A stretch of 64,000 bases of DNA. Origin: a virus. Taxonomy: Duplodnaviria > Caudoviricetes. Both the position numbers and the translations under genes were made by a program. Shown in pieces: positions 26,836-35,870 of this stretch. The notes under the pieces were generated by a model. It ran no database searches. It was not told where the DNA came from and saw only the letters and a list, made by a program, of their open reading frames with translations. Position 1 is the first letter of the stretch. The number at the start of each line of letters is the position of its first letter. The DNA lies in IMG/VR virus record IMGVR_UViG_2816332256_000001, positions 19,827 to 83,826 of that record; one strand, 5' to 3'.

Positions 26836-27080
26836 CAGTGGTTCCTCCGCAGCGTCCGCTCGGCGAAAGTCGCGACGTTGTGCTTCGTACGGTCGAGGAT
26901 CTGCTGCGCGATCGCCTCGCCGCCGACCATCGCGATGCCGAGCGCCGCCTTGCTGATCAGCATTTCCATCACGTTCGCGAGCGCGTTCGGATTGCCATAC
27001 GCACCGGATTCACGCACGTAGTCGGCGATCAGCTTTTCAGCGAGGTCGCCGCATTGCGTGGGGGATTTGAGATTGCTCAT
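26835..27080 (-). CDS. Phage hypothetical protein
   Basis: RBS GGAG, operon context. Confidence 0.6.
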   Translation of the reverse strand: MSNLKSPTQCGDLAEKLIADYVRESGAYGNPNALANVMEMLISKAALGIAMVGGEAIAQQILDRTKHNVATFAERTLRRNH

Positions 27081-27427
27081 CGGTCGACTCCGGCGATGGT
27101 GATGTGGCGAACGGGATAGGACGCTGGCATGGGTGCGGCGAAGCCTGCCTTCGCCAGCGCGTCATCGACAACGGCGCGGATGCCTGACGTGAGCACGGTC
27201 TTGGACGCGACCAGGTGCAGTGCGTCGATCAGGTGCGCCATCGGTTGAAGGTGTGCGTCGAGAGAGCGGTCGGCCGCGAGCGAGCGCGCATAGGCATCGG
27301 CCGACGCACTGTCGTCGACATCCGGGGGCAGCTCGCCATACGCGAAGCTCGAGTCGGCCCGCTCCTGCGCGAGCTCCTTCGCGCGCTGCAGCCACGCCTG
27401 ACCGAGCGTGTGCTTGATCTCGTTCAT
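27077..27427 (-). CDS. Phage hypothetical protein
   Basis: MNEIKHT... start with coupled overlaps. Confidence 0.55.
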   Translation of the reverse strand: MNEIKHTLGQAWLQRAKELAQERADSSFAYGELPPDVDDSASADAYARSLAADRSLDAHLQPMAHLIDALHLVASKTVLTSGIRAVVDDALAKAGFAAPMPASYPVRHITIAGVDR

Positions 27428-27651
27428 GCTTTGCCTCGAGCGCGGAGCATGGCGTCGGCCACGCTGTACGCGAGAACGGCAACTTTGTCGGTTCGATCCT
27501 CGCCCAGCTTCACGTTCGGGTCGGCGAGCAAGCCGGCGATTGCCTTCGCCGCAAAGTAGTCGCGCAGCTTCATGCCGGGTTGGCCTTCGTATCCGTTGCA
27601 GTCGCCGGGAACTTCCGGAAACGCCGGGCCACCGCCGTTGATCTCGTTCAT
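27424..27651 (-). CDS. Phage protein (GGPAFP...GM.LRDYFAAKA family)
   Basis: Characteristic motif, ends ADAML.AR. Confidence 0.75.
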   Translation of the reverse strand: MNEINGGGPAFPEVPGDCNGYEGQPGMKLRDYFAAKAIAGLLADPNVKLGEDRTDKVAVLAYSVADAMLRARGKA

Positions 27652-27699
27652 GTGGTCTCTCAGTGTGGTGTGATCGCCAGCCGAAGCCGGCGCGGTTGC

Positions 27700-28116
27700 T
27701 CAGTCGTCGAGCGCGCGACGCCCGGCGTGATCGGTGCAGCTGGAGAACCCGGCGTTGGCCGGGCCGAACTTCTGGCCGCATCCCGAGCAGTAGACGTTGG
27801 CGAAACTCGGCACGGCGCCGGCGAGATCGGCGGCCGTGATACGCCGCGCAATTTCCGCTTTCAGAACGTCTTGGCAGATGTTCCAGACCTCGTACACGTC
27901 CTCGATCCGACCGCGGCGCAGTGCCGCGTCGAGTACGGCGATCTGTTCGGTCGAGAACGGCAGCACGTCGAACGTGACGTGCTCGGCGATCGCTTCGTTG
28001 CGCTCGTCGCGCGCTAACGCGGCGTCTTCGGCCGCGGCCTGCAGCTGCTCGGCGCGTCGGTCGACCAGCGCGGGCAGTGCGCGGACGTTGTGGTGATGAG
28101 GTCGAGGAGTGTGCAT
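27700..28116 (-). CDS. First gene of the leftward early operon, C-terminal Zn ribbon
   Basis: RBS GGAGG; CSGC...C..H. Confidence 0.65.
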   Translation of the reverse strand: MHTPRPHHHNVRALPALVDRRAEQLQAAAEDAALARDERNEAIAEHVTFDVLPFSTEQIAVLDAALRRGRIEDVYEVWNICQDVLKAEIARRITAADLAGAVPSFANVYCSGCGQKFGPANAGFSSCTDHAGRRALDD

Positions 28117-28451
28117 CGCGCCCTCCGTTGAAAGTAGGATTGCTAATCAAATGTCCGTCTTGAATTGCGGCGGTACATGCGCAGCTCTCACTGGTGACGC
28201 CTCAGAAGAAGAACCGCCACCGGTCAGAACTGCATTACTCGCGCGCCCGACTACTCCCGGCCGTGCCGGCTCCGGGCCGCGCGAGGTTTGTGCCGATTAC
28301 GACGCCATCGGTCACGTGTTGCTGGCTGTCTTGTGTCAGGTTCACTCGGGTATTGCATGCCGCTGCGGTCTTCCGCAGCGTCCGTCCTGACTCACGACGC
28401 TGATCGCGCCGGCCGGTTGCTCCGCAAGTGCGGTCCCGGCTTACCTTCGAT

Positions 28452-28463
28452 TGTTAGAGAGCG
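28452..28463 (-). promoter_or_regulatory. boxA-like element in the pL leader (CGCTCTCTAACA)
   Basis: One mismatch to the CGCTCTTTAACA boxA consensus, ~45 nt downstream of pL. Confidence 0.5.
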
Positions 28464-28508
28464 ATCCGCTCGGGGCGGTGGCGCGGCGTCGGTGTCGCGT
28501 TGAGAAGA

Positions 28509-28549
28509 ATTATAACTAAGGTTATCGGTGTGTCAACAACCAAAGTTAT
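28509..28549 (-). promoter_or_regulatory. pL promoter with operators OL1/OL2
   Basis: Minus strand TTGACA-16-TATAAT; ATAAC-N4-GTTAT sites at 28512-28525 and 28536-28549. Confidence 0.8.
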
Positions 28550-28645
28550 TGTGAGCGACGAAAATTTGTAACAGGCTGCTCTATGGCGGTTTGTTAAGCG
28601 CCTGCTGACAGCAGTTGAAAGTATTCGGGAACTGGCGCTAAACTG

Positions 28646-28661
28646 CTGTACATGCATACAG
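28646..28661. promoter_or_regulatory. LexA (SOS) box CTGTACATGCATACAG
   Basis: CTGT-N8-ACAG, just downstream of TTGAAA-18-TAAACT. Confidence 0.8.
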
Positions 28662-28692
28662 TATCGTGGCAAACAGAAGACGAGGGCGGCCA

Positions 28693-29016
28693 GTGAAAGA
28701 AGAATCGAAGACGAGCCTGCGCTGCAGGCCTGGGGACTTGGCAAGGGTGGTGGCAAGCAGGAACCCGGCGCTGGTCGGCACGATCGTGGCGATTCAGCGG
28801 CTGCGGTCGGATGGTCGATGGGATGTGCTGCTCGAGAAACCCGCGTTTGGTTTCACGGAGCGGATGAAGCGACCGGTCGTGACTCGAGAGTTTTCGTTCT
28901 GGGATGCGTCGCTGGAACCGCTCCCTGAAGTCGCGCTGCGACTCAGTCGCCAGGCGGCCTGTCTTCGTCCTGACTTGACGAAAGGCGGGGAGCTGACTGG
29001 GCTAGTAGCCCACTGA
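28693..29016 (+). CDS. SOS-boxed hypothetical protein convergent with cI (alternative start 28666)
   Basis: RBS GAGGG before GTG 28693; RCRPGDLA.V motif; overlaps the cI 3' end by 74 bp. Confidence 0.65.
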   Translation: MKEESKTSLRCRPGDLARVVASRNPALVGTIVAIQRLRSDGRWDVLLEKPAFGFTERMKRPVVTREFSFWDASLEPLPEVALRLSRQAACLRPDLTKGGELTGLVAH

Positions 29017-29287
29017 TGTACGCCTCGACTTTGGCGCGGCCGATCTCGTCGAGCCGATCGTAGCCCGGCGGAACCGGTTGGGCTGCGTCGCCGAATTCGA
29101 GCCACTCCAGTGTGGTTTGCAGTGCGCGCGCGAGCGCGAACCCATTCGTGGTCGTGGTGCTGCCGCCTCGTTCAACCTTGGCTATCGCCGGCTGCGATAC
29201 GCCGACAAGTTCCGCGATGTGCTTCTGGGACAGGCCCAGTGCCTCGCGACGCTCCTTTGCCCGGCGCCCGAATTCAGGATTTTCCAT
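28943..29287 (-). CDS. cI: Phage repressor (XRE HTH, no S24 peptidase domain)
   Basis: R.KERREALGLSQ..IAELVGVSQPAI.K.E.G; only ~114 aa; divergent from cro. Confidence 0.85.
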   Translation of the reverse strand: MENPEFGRRAKERREALGLSQKHIAELVGVSQPAIAKVERGGSTTTTNGFALARALQTTLEWLEFGDAAQPVPPGYDRLDEIGRAKVEAYISGLLAQSAPRLSSSQDEDRPPGD

Positions 29288-29299
29288 AGCGGGCATCGT

Positions 29300-29365
29300 A
29301 TAACCTTGGTTGTAGCCGGGCAAATAACCAAAGTTCTTGCGGATGAATAACTTTGGTTATAGTAT
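29300..29365. promoter_or_regulatory. OR1-3 operators with pR and pRM
   Basis: ATAAC-N4-GTT(A/G/C)T at 29300, 29324, 29347; pR TTGCGG-17-TAGTAT; minus-strand pRM TTGCCC-17-TACGAT. Confidence 0.8.
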
Positions 29366-29371
29366 TGCCGC

Positions 29372-29683
29372 ATGAAACCGACCAATTGCTCCGTGCCGGC
29401 TCTGCAGGCAGCGATCCAAAAAGCTGGGTCGCAGTCCGCACTTGCCCGCCTGATCGGCAAAAAGCAGCCGCACATCCACAAGTGGCTGCATTCCCCCAAT
29501 GCAATGAGACCCGAGAACTGCGTCCTCGTGGGGAATGCCGTCGGCATCCCGTACAGGGACTTTCGCCCCACCGATTGGCATCTGATCTGGCCTGATCCCG
29601 CGGTAGCTGCCTCGACGGGGCGCTTGGACGCGTGCATGTCAGAAGGAGGGCAGCGCGACGTGCTTCGCGCAGGCGTCGACTGA
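29372..29683 (+). CDS. cro: Cro/YdaS-like regulator
   Basis: AI..AGSQSALARLIG..QP.I.KWL...FRP.DW..IWP. Confidence 0.8.
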   Translation: MKPTNCSVPALQAAIQKAGSQSALARLIGKKQPHIHKWLHSPNAMRPENCVLVGNAVGIPYRDFRPTDWHLIWPDPAVAASTGRLDACMSEGGQRDVLRAGVD

Positions 29684-29750
29684 TCGCAATGGTTTGCATT
29701 CGTTGATAGCTGGCCAGGTGTTGTCCTGGCCTTTATTTCGCCCCGGCGCC

Positions 29751-29784
29751 AACTGGGTAAGCAAGTGGGTAATCAACTGGGTAA
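29751..29784 (+). repeat. Three direct TGGGTAA repeats, 12-bp period
   Basis: At 29754, 29766 and 29778, just upstream of the CII-like gene. Confidence 0.55.
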
Positions 29785-29799
29785 CGATTGATTTTGCGT

Positions 29800-30174
29800 A
29801 TGAACCAGACCGAATTCAGGATGTTCGCGCCGTGGGTGCAGGCCGCAACGCTGCCGGACGGGGAGATCGAAGCGATGAGCTTCGAGGATTGCCTCGCGCA
29901 CGCGCTCGAGCTCGGGCTGCGACGCTTCGATCGCAAGACGCTCGCGCGCAACTGCGACATTCACTATCCGCACTTTGGCGACCTGGTTGCCGGCCGCCGG
30001 CCGTTTCCGGCGACGAAGCTGCACCTGTTCTGCATGTTCACCGGCTGCGATTACCCGCGGCAGTGGCTCGCGATCCAGGAGCGCAAGGCGATCGAGGAAT
30101 ACCGGCGGCTCAGCCAGCAGGCGATCGGCGAGTTCGTTCAGCAGGCATTCGGCCAACGGCAGGCGGCGGCATGA
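29800..30174 (+). CDS. CII-like regulator
   Basis: Position after cro; HTH-like KTLARNC.I.YPHF.DL..GRR.FP. Confidence 0.6.
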   Translation: MNQTEFRMFAPWVQAATLPDGEIEAMSFEDCLAHALELGLRRFDRKTLARNCDIHYPHFGDLVAGRRPFPATKLHLFCMFTGCDYPRQWLAIQERKAIEEYRRLSQQAIGEFVQQAFGQRQAAA

Positions 30175-30395
30175 CGTTGACGCTCAGCCACCGCGACGTC
30201 GGCAAGCACTTCGCCCGCAAGCTCGGGCGCCCCATGACCTACCTCGGCCTCATCGAGGAAAAGCACCTTTTCATCTTCCGCGATCCACCGCAGGACTACC
30301 TCGCGTTCCGGGCCGACCAGCTCTGGATGCTCGAGCGCATGCGGCCGGAGGCGGCGCCGATCGACAGCAACAAGAAGGAGGGCGGCTCGTGCTGA
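30171..30395 (+). CDS. Phage hypothetical protein
   Basis: ATGA coupling. Confidence 0.55.
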   Translation: MTLTLSHRDVGKHFARKLGRPMTYLGLIEEKHLFIFRDPPQDYLAFRADQLWMLERMRPEAAPIDSNKKEGGSC

Positions 30396-30616
30396 CCCAA
30401 CTGTTCGAGCGCGCGGCGTTCCGCGCAGGCTGGCGCGCCGCGCGCGCCGGCGTCCCGTTCCATGAGAACCCGCTGCGCGGCCCGCTCGCAAACTTCGCGC
30501 GGCAGTGGGGGCGCGGCTGGGCTGCGGCGAACGACTGCCCGCGTTGGTACAGCGTTTTCGATTGGGAGGCAGGGATTCGCCCGACATCCGCTGAATTGGC
30601 GTTGGAGGCGGCATGA
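30389..30616 (+). CDS. Phage hypothetical protein (Rmf/CrpP-like G..AA..G....NP...W..GW)
   Basis: RBS AGGAGG; motif as stated. Confidence 0.5.
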   Translation: MLTQLFERAAFRAGWRAARAGVPFHENPLRGPLANFARQWGRGWAAANDCPRWYSVFDWEAGIRPTSAELALEAA

Positions 30617-31482
30617 CCTGGGCCCACGATGACCTCGCCAAGGATCTCGCCGCGCATCTTCGCGGCGCATCCGATCGCCTCGTATGGACCGACATGCAGC
30701 TCGGGCCGGCCGGCTCGCCGCGGCCTGACGTCTACACGGTGCCGTGCTCCTTCGCACGGTTTCAACCGGTCGCCTACGAATGCAAGATCAGCGTCGCCGA
30801 TTTCCGGCGTGACGTGACGGCCGGCAAATGGACGTCATACCTGCGCTTCGCCGCCGGCGTGATCTTCGCCGCGCCGGCCGGCCTGCTGAAGAAAGAGGAC
30901 GTTCCGGCCGGTTGCGGGCTGATCGTACGCGGCCCGGACGGCTGGCGCTCGTTGAAGGGCCCGACGCTGAAGAACATGGAGAACCTGCCGCGCGACGCGT
31001 GGATCAAGCTGATCATCGACGGCATGGCCCGGCTCGCGGATCAGGGCCGCGAGCAGCTGCGGGCCGGACTCTGCAACGAATGGACGCTCGAGAAGAAGCT
31101 GCGCGCGCGCTTCGGCGACATTGTCGCGGATGCCGTGCGGGACCAGCTGCATGCGGAACGCCGACTGAAGGTCGCCACCGAGCGGCTTGAGAACCTGGCC
31201 GAAGAGGCGGAAAAGGAGCGCCGGCTGATCCTCGATCGGGCGAAGGAGCATGCGGAGCGCGACGCGATGCAAATCGACAGCACGCGCGGCGAGCTCGCGC
31301 GTGCGCTTGGGCTGCCGGCGAGCGCCGGCGCATGGGAGATCGCCAGCGCCTGCAAACAGGCCGCGCGCCGGGTCAGCGTCGATCTTGAGGTCAAGAGACT
31401 CCGTCAGCAGCTGGAGCGCATCCAGGTTGCGATCGAATCGGCCGCCGAGCCGCTGCCACACATCGCGCGGGAGGTGGCGTGA
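30613..31482 (+). CDS. MmcB-like PD-(D/E)XK nuclease plus coiled coil
   Basis: RPDV...[13 protein letters not shown]...KW..Y. Confidence 0.7.
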   Translation: MTWAHDDLAKDLAAHLRGASDRLVWTDMQLGPAGSPRPDVYTVPCSFARFQPVAYECKISVADFRRDVTAGKWTSYLRFAAGVIFAAPAGLLKKEDVPAGCGLIVRGPDGWRSLKGPTLKNMENLPRDAWIKLIIDGMARLADQGREQLRAGLCNEWTLEKKLRARFGDIVADAVRDQLHAERRLKVATERLENLAEEAEKERRLILDRAKEHAERDAMQIDSTRGELARALGLPASAGAWEIASACKQAARRVSVDLEVKRLRQQLERIQVAIESAAEPLPHIAREVA

Positions 31483-32564
31483 ACTGGCTCGACCGTTCCC
31501 ACCGCGGCGACTGCCGCGACCTGATGCGCGCGATGATCGCCGACGGCGTGCGCGTGCAGACGATCGTGACGTCGCCGCCGTACTGGGGCCTGCGTTCGTA
31601 TCTGCCCGACGGCCACCCGGACAAGGCGCGCGAGATCGGGCAGGAGCCGACGCTGCGCGAGTTCATCGACACGCTGGTCGGCGTGTTCGATCTGGCGCGC
31701 GAGCTGCTCGCCGACGACGGCACGCTCTGGCTGAACATGGGCGACAGCTACGCGGGGTCGCGCGGCGCGCCGTGGGGCCCGTCACCGGCGTCCACCGAGG
31801 CGCGCGCGATGACGGCCAGCCGCCGCCGCGATGATGCGCCGGTACCGCGCTCCGACGTGCGCATTGCAGGGCTGAAGCCGAAGGATCTCGCCGGCCAGCC
31901 GTGGCGCCTCGCGTTCGCGCTTCAGGACGCCGGCTGGTATCTGCGGCAGGACATCATCTGGCACAAGCCGAACCCCATGCCGGAGAGCGTGCGTGACCGC
32001 TGCACGAAGGCGCACGAATACCTGTTCCTGCTCAGCAAGAGCGATCGGTACTACTTCGACACCGATGCGATGCGCGAGCCGCGTGCGCAGGACGAAGACA
32101 GCGCGATCTTCCGAGGCGGTTGCTACGTCGGCGGGGCAGCCGATAACGGAACTCTCGGGAAACGTAAGGTACCCGGCAACAAGTCACACAAGGGCACGGC
32201 GGCATCATCGTCCGACGAGAAGCACCGGACGAAAGCGGGGCTCGTCGCATACGCGGAACGAGAGCGTGCCGCAAATCCATCCGATCTCGGCACGCGCAAT
32301 CGGCGCAGCGTCTGGACGATCGCGACGCAGCCCTACGCGGCCGCGCATTTCGCGACCTTCCCCGAGGCGCTCGTCGAGCCCTGCGTGCTCGCCGGCAGCC
32401 GTCCGGGCGACGTCGTGTTCGACCCGTTCTTCGGCAGCGGCACGACGGGCCAGGTCGCGCAGCGGCTCGGCCGTCGCTTCCTCGGCTGCGAGCTGAACCC
32501 CGACTACGAGCAACTGCAGCGCGATCGCCTGCGCCAGCCCGGCCTCGTGCTGGAGGTGTCGTGA
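31479..32564 (+). CDS. Amino-DNA methyltransferase (beta class, SPPY)
   Basis: [35 protein letters not shown]. Confidence 0.92.
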   Translation: MNWLDRSHRGDCRDLMRAMIADGVRVQTIVTSPPYWGLRSYLPDGHPDKAREIGQEPTLREFIDTLVGVFDLARELLADDGTLWLNMGDSYAGSRGAPWGPSPASTEARAMTASRRRDDAPVPRSDVRIAGLKPKDLAGQPWRLAFALQDAGWYLRQDIIWHKPNPMPESVRDRCTKAHEYLFLLSKSDRYYFDTDAMREPRAQDEDSAIFRGGCYVGGAADNGTLGKRKVPGNKSHKGTAASSSDEKHRTKAGLVAYAERERAANPSDLGTRNRRSVWTIATQPYAAAHFATFPEALVEPCVLAGSRPGDVVFDPFFGSGTTGQVAQRLGRRFLGCELNPDYEQLQRDRLRQPGLVLEVS

Positions 32565-33535
32565 CGGACCGGCCGACCCTTCACGTCGTCTCGCTGTCGG
32601 GCGGGAAGGACAGCACCGCGACACTGCTCGTCGCGCTCGAGCTGCACGGCCGCGAGAACGTCCGCGCCGCGTTCGCCGACACCGGCAACGAGCACGAGTC
32701 GACGTACGAATACGCGCTTGAATACCTGCCGCGCGCGCTCGGCATTACCGTCGACGTGGTGCGCGCCGACTTCGCAGACGAGTTCGCGACGAAGCGCGCG
32801 AACCTCGCGCGGATCGCGGCCGGCGAGCCGGAATCGGCAGTCTACGGAAAGCGCGAGTTCATGTACGCCTGGACGCCCGAGGCGGCCGCTCGTGCGCTAG
32901 ACCTGCTGCACCCGACCGGAAACCCGTTCCTTGACCTGTGCATGGTTCGAGGCGGTTTCCCATCGCGCAAGCGCCAGTTCTGCACCGAATACCTGAAGCG
33001 GAATCCGTTGACGGAATACGCGCTGCATCAGATCGACGCGGGGTATTTCGTCGAGTCATGGCAGGGCGTTCGCGCGGACGAGAGTGAGGCGCGCCGGTGG
33101 CTCCCGCATTACGAATGGCGCGGGGGGCATTACGCCGTGTTCCGTCCGATTCTGCGCTGGAACGTTGCCGACGTGTTCGATGCTCACGCGGCTGCTGGCA
33201 TCACCGCGAACCCGCTTTACCGCGAAGGCATGACGCGCGTCGGGTGCATGCCCTGCATCAACGCGGGGAAGCTCGAATTGCGCGAGATCGCGCGCCGCTT
33301 TCCCGAGCACGTCGAGCGCATCGCCGCGTGGGAGAGCCTCGTTTCGGAGGTGTGTCGACCCTTGAGCCCCGTCTCATTCTTCCACATGGGTACAACGGGG
33401 CATTCGGGCCAAGCCACAACAGTGCATCAGGTCGTCGAGTGGTCGAAAACGACGCGCGGCGGCCGCCAATACGACCTACTCGCGGACGCCGAGCCGGCGA
33501 CCGCATGCGCTTCGGCGTACGGATTGTGCGAATGA
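32561..33535 (+). CDS. PAPS reductase-family protein
   Basis: [15 protein letters not shown]....[22 protein letters not shown]. Confidence 0.88.
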   Translation: MTDRPTLHVVSLSGGKDSTATLLVALELHGRENVRAAFADTGNEHESTYEYALEYLPRALGITVDVVRADFADEFATKRANLARIAAGEPESAVYGKREFMYAWTPEAAARALDLLHPTGNPFLDLCMVRGGFPSRKRQFCTEYLKRNPLTEYALHQIDAGYFVESWQGVRADESEARRWLPHYEWRGGHYAVFRPILRWNVADVFDAHAAAGITANPLYREGMTRVGCMPCINAGKLELREIARRFPEHVERIAAWESLVSEVCRPLSPVSFFHMGTTGHSGQATTVHQVVEWSKTTRGGRQYDLLADAEPATACASAYGLCE

Positions 33536-34641
33536 ATCAACTCCCGAATCCTCTCACCCCAGCGGACTGCAACCTCCGCGATTTCCCGTTCATGCCGCTC
33601 GAGGTGAAGCGTCTGCTGACGTCCGAGACGTGGATCCTCGGCAGCGGTGACGAGCGCGCGGCCGCGATCACGTTGTGGCTCGAAAGCTGGCATCAGATCC
33701 CGGCCGCGAGCCTGCCGGCCGACGACCGCATGCTCGGCCATCTGTCCCAGTCGAAGAACTGGAAGCGTGTGAAGGAACACGCGCTGCGCGGATGGGTGAA
33801 GTGTGCCGACGGCCGTCTCTATCACCCGGTCGTCGCCGAGAAGGTGCTCGAAGCGTGGGTCTCGAAGCTGACCAGCAGCTTGTCCGGCACCACGGGCAAC
33901 GCGAAGCGCTGGGGTATCGAGGTCGACACGGTGGCAGTGCGTGCGCAGATCGTCGAGGCCGCGAACCTCCTGAAAGCGATCGCCCCGCAATCTGAATGGC
34001 TGAGAAAAAAGCAGGTCCGGGAGATCGTATCCGATTCGCGTCGCGATCCCGATCCGATCGCCCCCCGATCACCAACGCAATCGCCCCCCGATTCGCCCCC
34101 CGATCGCAAGAGAGAGGGAGAGGGAGATGTAAACACAGCAAGCGGCGGCGGCACAGCACAGGGAGAGGGGGAAGAACCGCCGATCGCCGCCGCCGCTTTC
34201 GTCGAAATCCTCCGCTCGTCGGGCGTGGGCTTTGCCGCCGATGACGCACGATTGGCGGGCTGGCACGGCCGCGGCGTGACGGCCGACGACCTGCGCGCGG
34301 CGATTGCCACGGGGCGCAAGCGCCGAGAGCGCGAGCGCTCCGAGCAGCCGCTGAACCTCGGCTTGCTCGAGCTGATCCTCGGCGATCTGCTCGCCGCGCG
34401 CGCCGCGAAGCCAGCGCCCGGGACACGCACCGTCGGTGACTGGTGGCGGTCGTGGACCGGAATCGTCGAGCACGGCGGCACGCTCGGCGTCGAGCAGGGC
34501 CGCGACGAACCTCCGTTCGATTTCAAGCTGCGCGTGTTCGACGCCGCGGGCGACGGCCCGTGGTGGGACGACCACAACCGCGCATTTCGCAACACTGCCG
34601 GCCCCGTCGCGGCCGGCGCTTTGATGGGGGAAGGGCGATGA
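33532..34641 (+). CDS. Replication initiator (DUF1376/YdaU-like)
   Basis: FMPLEV.RLL.SE.W...LW..SW.Q.P..SLP.DD..L; internal iterons. Confidence 0.8.
   Translation: MNQLPNPLTPADCNLRDFPFMPLEVKRLLTSETWILGSGDERAAAITLWLESWHQIPAASLPADDRMLGHLSQSKNWKRVKEHALRGWVKCADGRLYHPVVAEKVLEAWVSKLTSSLSGTTGNAKRWGIEVDTVAVRAQIVEAANLLKAIAPQSEWLRKKQVREIVSDSRRDPDPIAPRSPTQSPPDSPPDRKREGEGDVNTASGGGTAQGEGEEPPIAAAAFVEILRSSGVGFAADDARLAGWHGRGVTADDLRAAIATGRKRRERERSEQPLNLGLLELILGDLLAARAAKPAPGTRTVGDWWRSWTGIVEHGGTLGVEQGRDEPPFDFKLRVFDAAGDGPWWDDHNRAFRNTAGPVAAGALMGEGR
34058..34104 (+). repeat. Probable ori iterons: three exact TCGCCCCCCGAT copies
   Basis: At 34058, 34081 and 34093 inside the initiator gene, followed by a purine-rich tract; lambda-O-like layout. 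Confidence 0.7.
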
Positions 34642-34898
34642 ACTGCAAACCGGGGGATCTGGCCGTGATCACGCATGGTACGGCTCGCGATCGCATCGTC
34701 GAGGTGAAGGGGCCTTACGGCGACTACCTGCACCTCGGCTTCTGCTGGTACGTCGAAGCGCCTACGCCGGTCCCAGCAATGGACGCGAAGACCGGCTTGA
34801 CCTGTCACATCACGAACGGCTGGTGTCCGGACATGTGGCTGCGGCCGATCAGTGGCGTGCCGGTGATGGATGACATCGAGGACGAGGTGACGGCATGA
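34638..34898 (+). CDS. Phage hypothetical protein (CKPGDLA family)
   Basis: MNCKPGDLAVIT...PD.WLRPI. Confidence 0.65.
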   Translation: MNCKPGDLAVITHGTARDRIVEVKGPYGDYLHLGFCWYVEAPTPVPAMDAKTGLTCHITNGWCPDMWLRPISGVPVMDDIEDEVTA

Positions 34899-35065
34899 CG
34901 AAGCCCCGCATTTTCCGCGCGATCTTTCGCTCGCACATCGGTTTCGAGTGGGTTTGTCGCTCGAACGGTGCAACGGGCTTGGGCAGCACGCCGCAAGAGG
35001 CATACGAGCGTTGGAAGGCGGCGTATTGGGAGCCTGCCGAGCAATACGGGAGGGGCGTGAAGTGA
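34895..35065 (+). CDS. Small phage protein (56 aa)
   Basis: W.C...G..G.G.TP.EAY..W motif; coupled overlaps. Confidence 0.55.
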   Translation: MTKPRIFRAIFRSHIGFEWVCRSNGATGLGSTPQEAYERWKAAYWEPAEQYGRGVK

Positions 35066-35532
35066 CCCAGCGATCCCTCATCACTGCGTCGCCGATCGCG
35101 CAGCGCGTCGAGTTCGTCGTTCCCGGTACGCCGGTCGCGAAGGGGCGCCCGAAGTTCGCGCGCCGCGGCGCACATGTCACGACCTACACGCCCGAGAAGA
35201 CCGAGCGGTACGAGAACCTCGTGAAGATGGCCGCCCGCGCGGCGATGCGCAGCGCGTCGCCGTACGCCGGCCCGATCCGCCTGATCGTGCACATCGGTCT
35301 GCCCATCCCGGCGAGCTGGTCGATGAAGCGTCAGGGCGAGGCGGCCGCCGGCGCGATCGGCGCGACGAAGAAGCCGGACGCCGACAACGTTGTCAAGGCG
35401 TTGAAGGACGGCATGAACGGAGTGGTGTACGTCGACGACGGCCAGGTCGTCGACCTGTGGGTGTCGAAGCGCTACGCGCGCACGCCGGGCGTGCGGATCG
35501 AGGCGATCGAGTTGAATCTGAAGTCAGCATAA
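35062..35532 (+). CDS. rusA: Holliday junction resolvase RusA
   Basis: G.PVAKGRP, KPDADN..KA..D..NG.VY.DD.QV. Confidence 0.9.
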   Translation: MTQRSLITASPIAQRVEFVVPGTPVAKGRPKFARRGAHVTTYTPEKTERYENLVKMAARAAMRSASPYAGPIRLIVHIGLPIPASWSMKRQGEAAAGAIGATKKPDADNVVKALKDGMNGVVYVDDGQVVDLWVSKRYARTPGVRIEAIELNLKSA

Positions 35533-35543
35533 GGAGCGGGGCC

Positions 35544-35870
35544 TTGAAAGCAAAAAGCAAACTCACCATCAACGCGATGATCGCGGCCATGAAGCCCGGC
35601 ATCCGCTATTCGGCGCACGACCTCGCACGCCGCCTGAAGCACCCCGTTTCGTCGGTGCGCCAGCTGCTGTCGCTTGATGTCGCGCTCGCACGCCTCGACT
35701 GCCATTCTGAGAACCGAGGTCGGATGTACTCGCTCGCCGGCACCAGCCGCTCGCCCGGGACGCACGTTGACACGCGGATCCGCCCGGACTTCACGAGCAA
35801 TCTGTCGGGCTACATGGCCGAGATCAACACGCGCCAGGCGTTGGCGATGACGACGCGGGGTGCGCGATGA
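35544..35870 (+). CDS. Phage hypothetical protein (wHTH-like)
   Basis: RBS AAGGAG before TTG. Confidence 0.55.
   Translation: MKAKSKLTINAMIAAMKPGIRYSAHDLARRLKHPVSSVRQLLSLDVALARLDCHSENRGRMYSLAGTSRSPGTHVDTRIRPDFTSNLSGYMAEINTRQALAMTTRGAR

Noticed and set aside
32561-33535. Dnd phosphorothioation system
   Set aside because: No dndB/D/E or cysteine desulfurase nearby; only family-level similarity to DndC.
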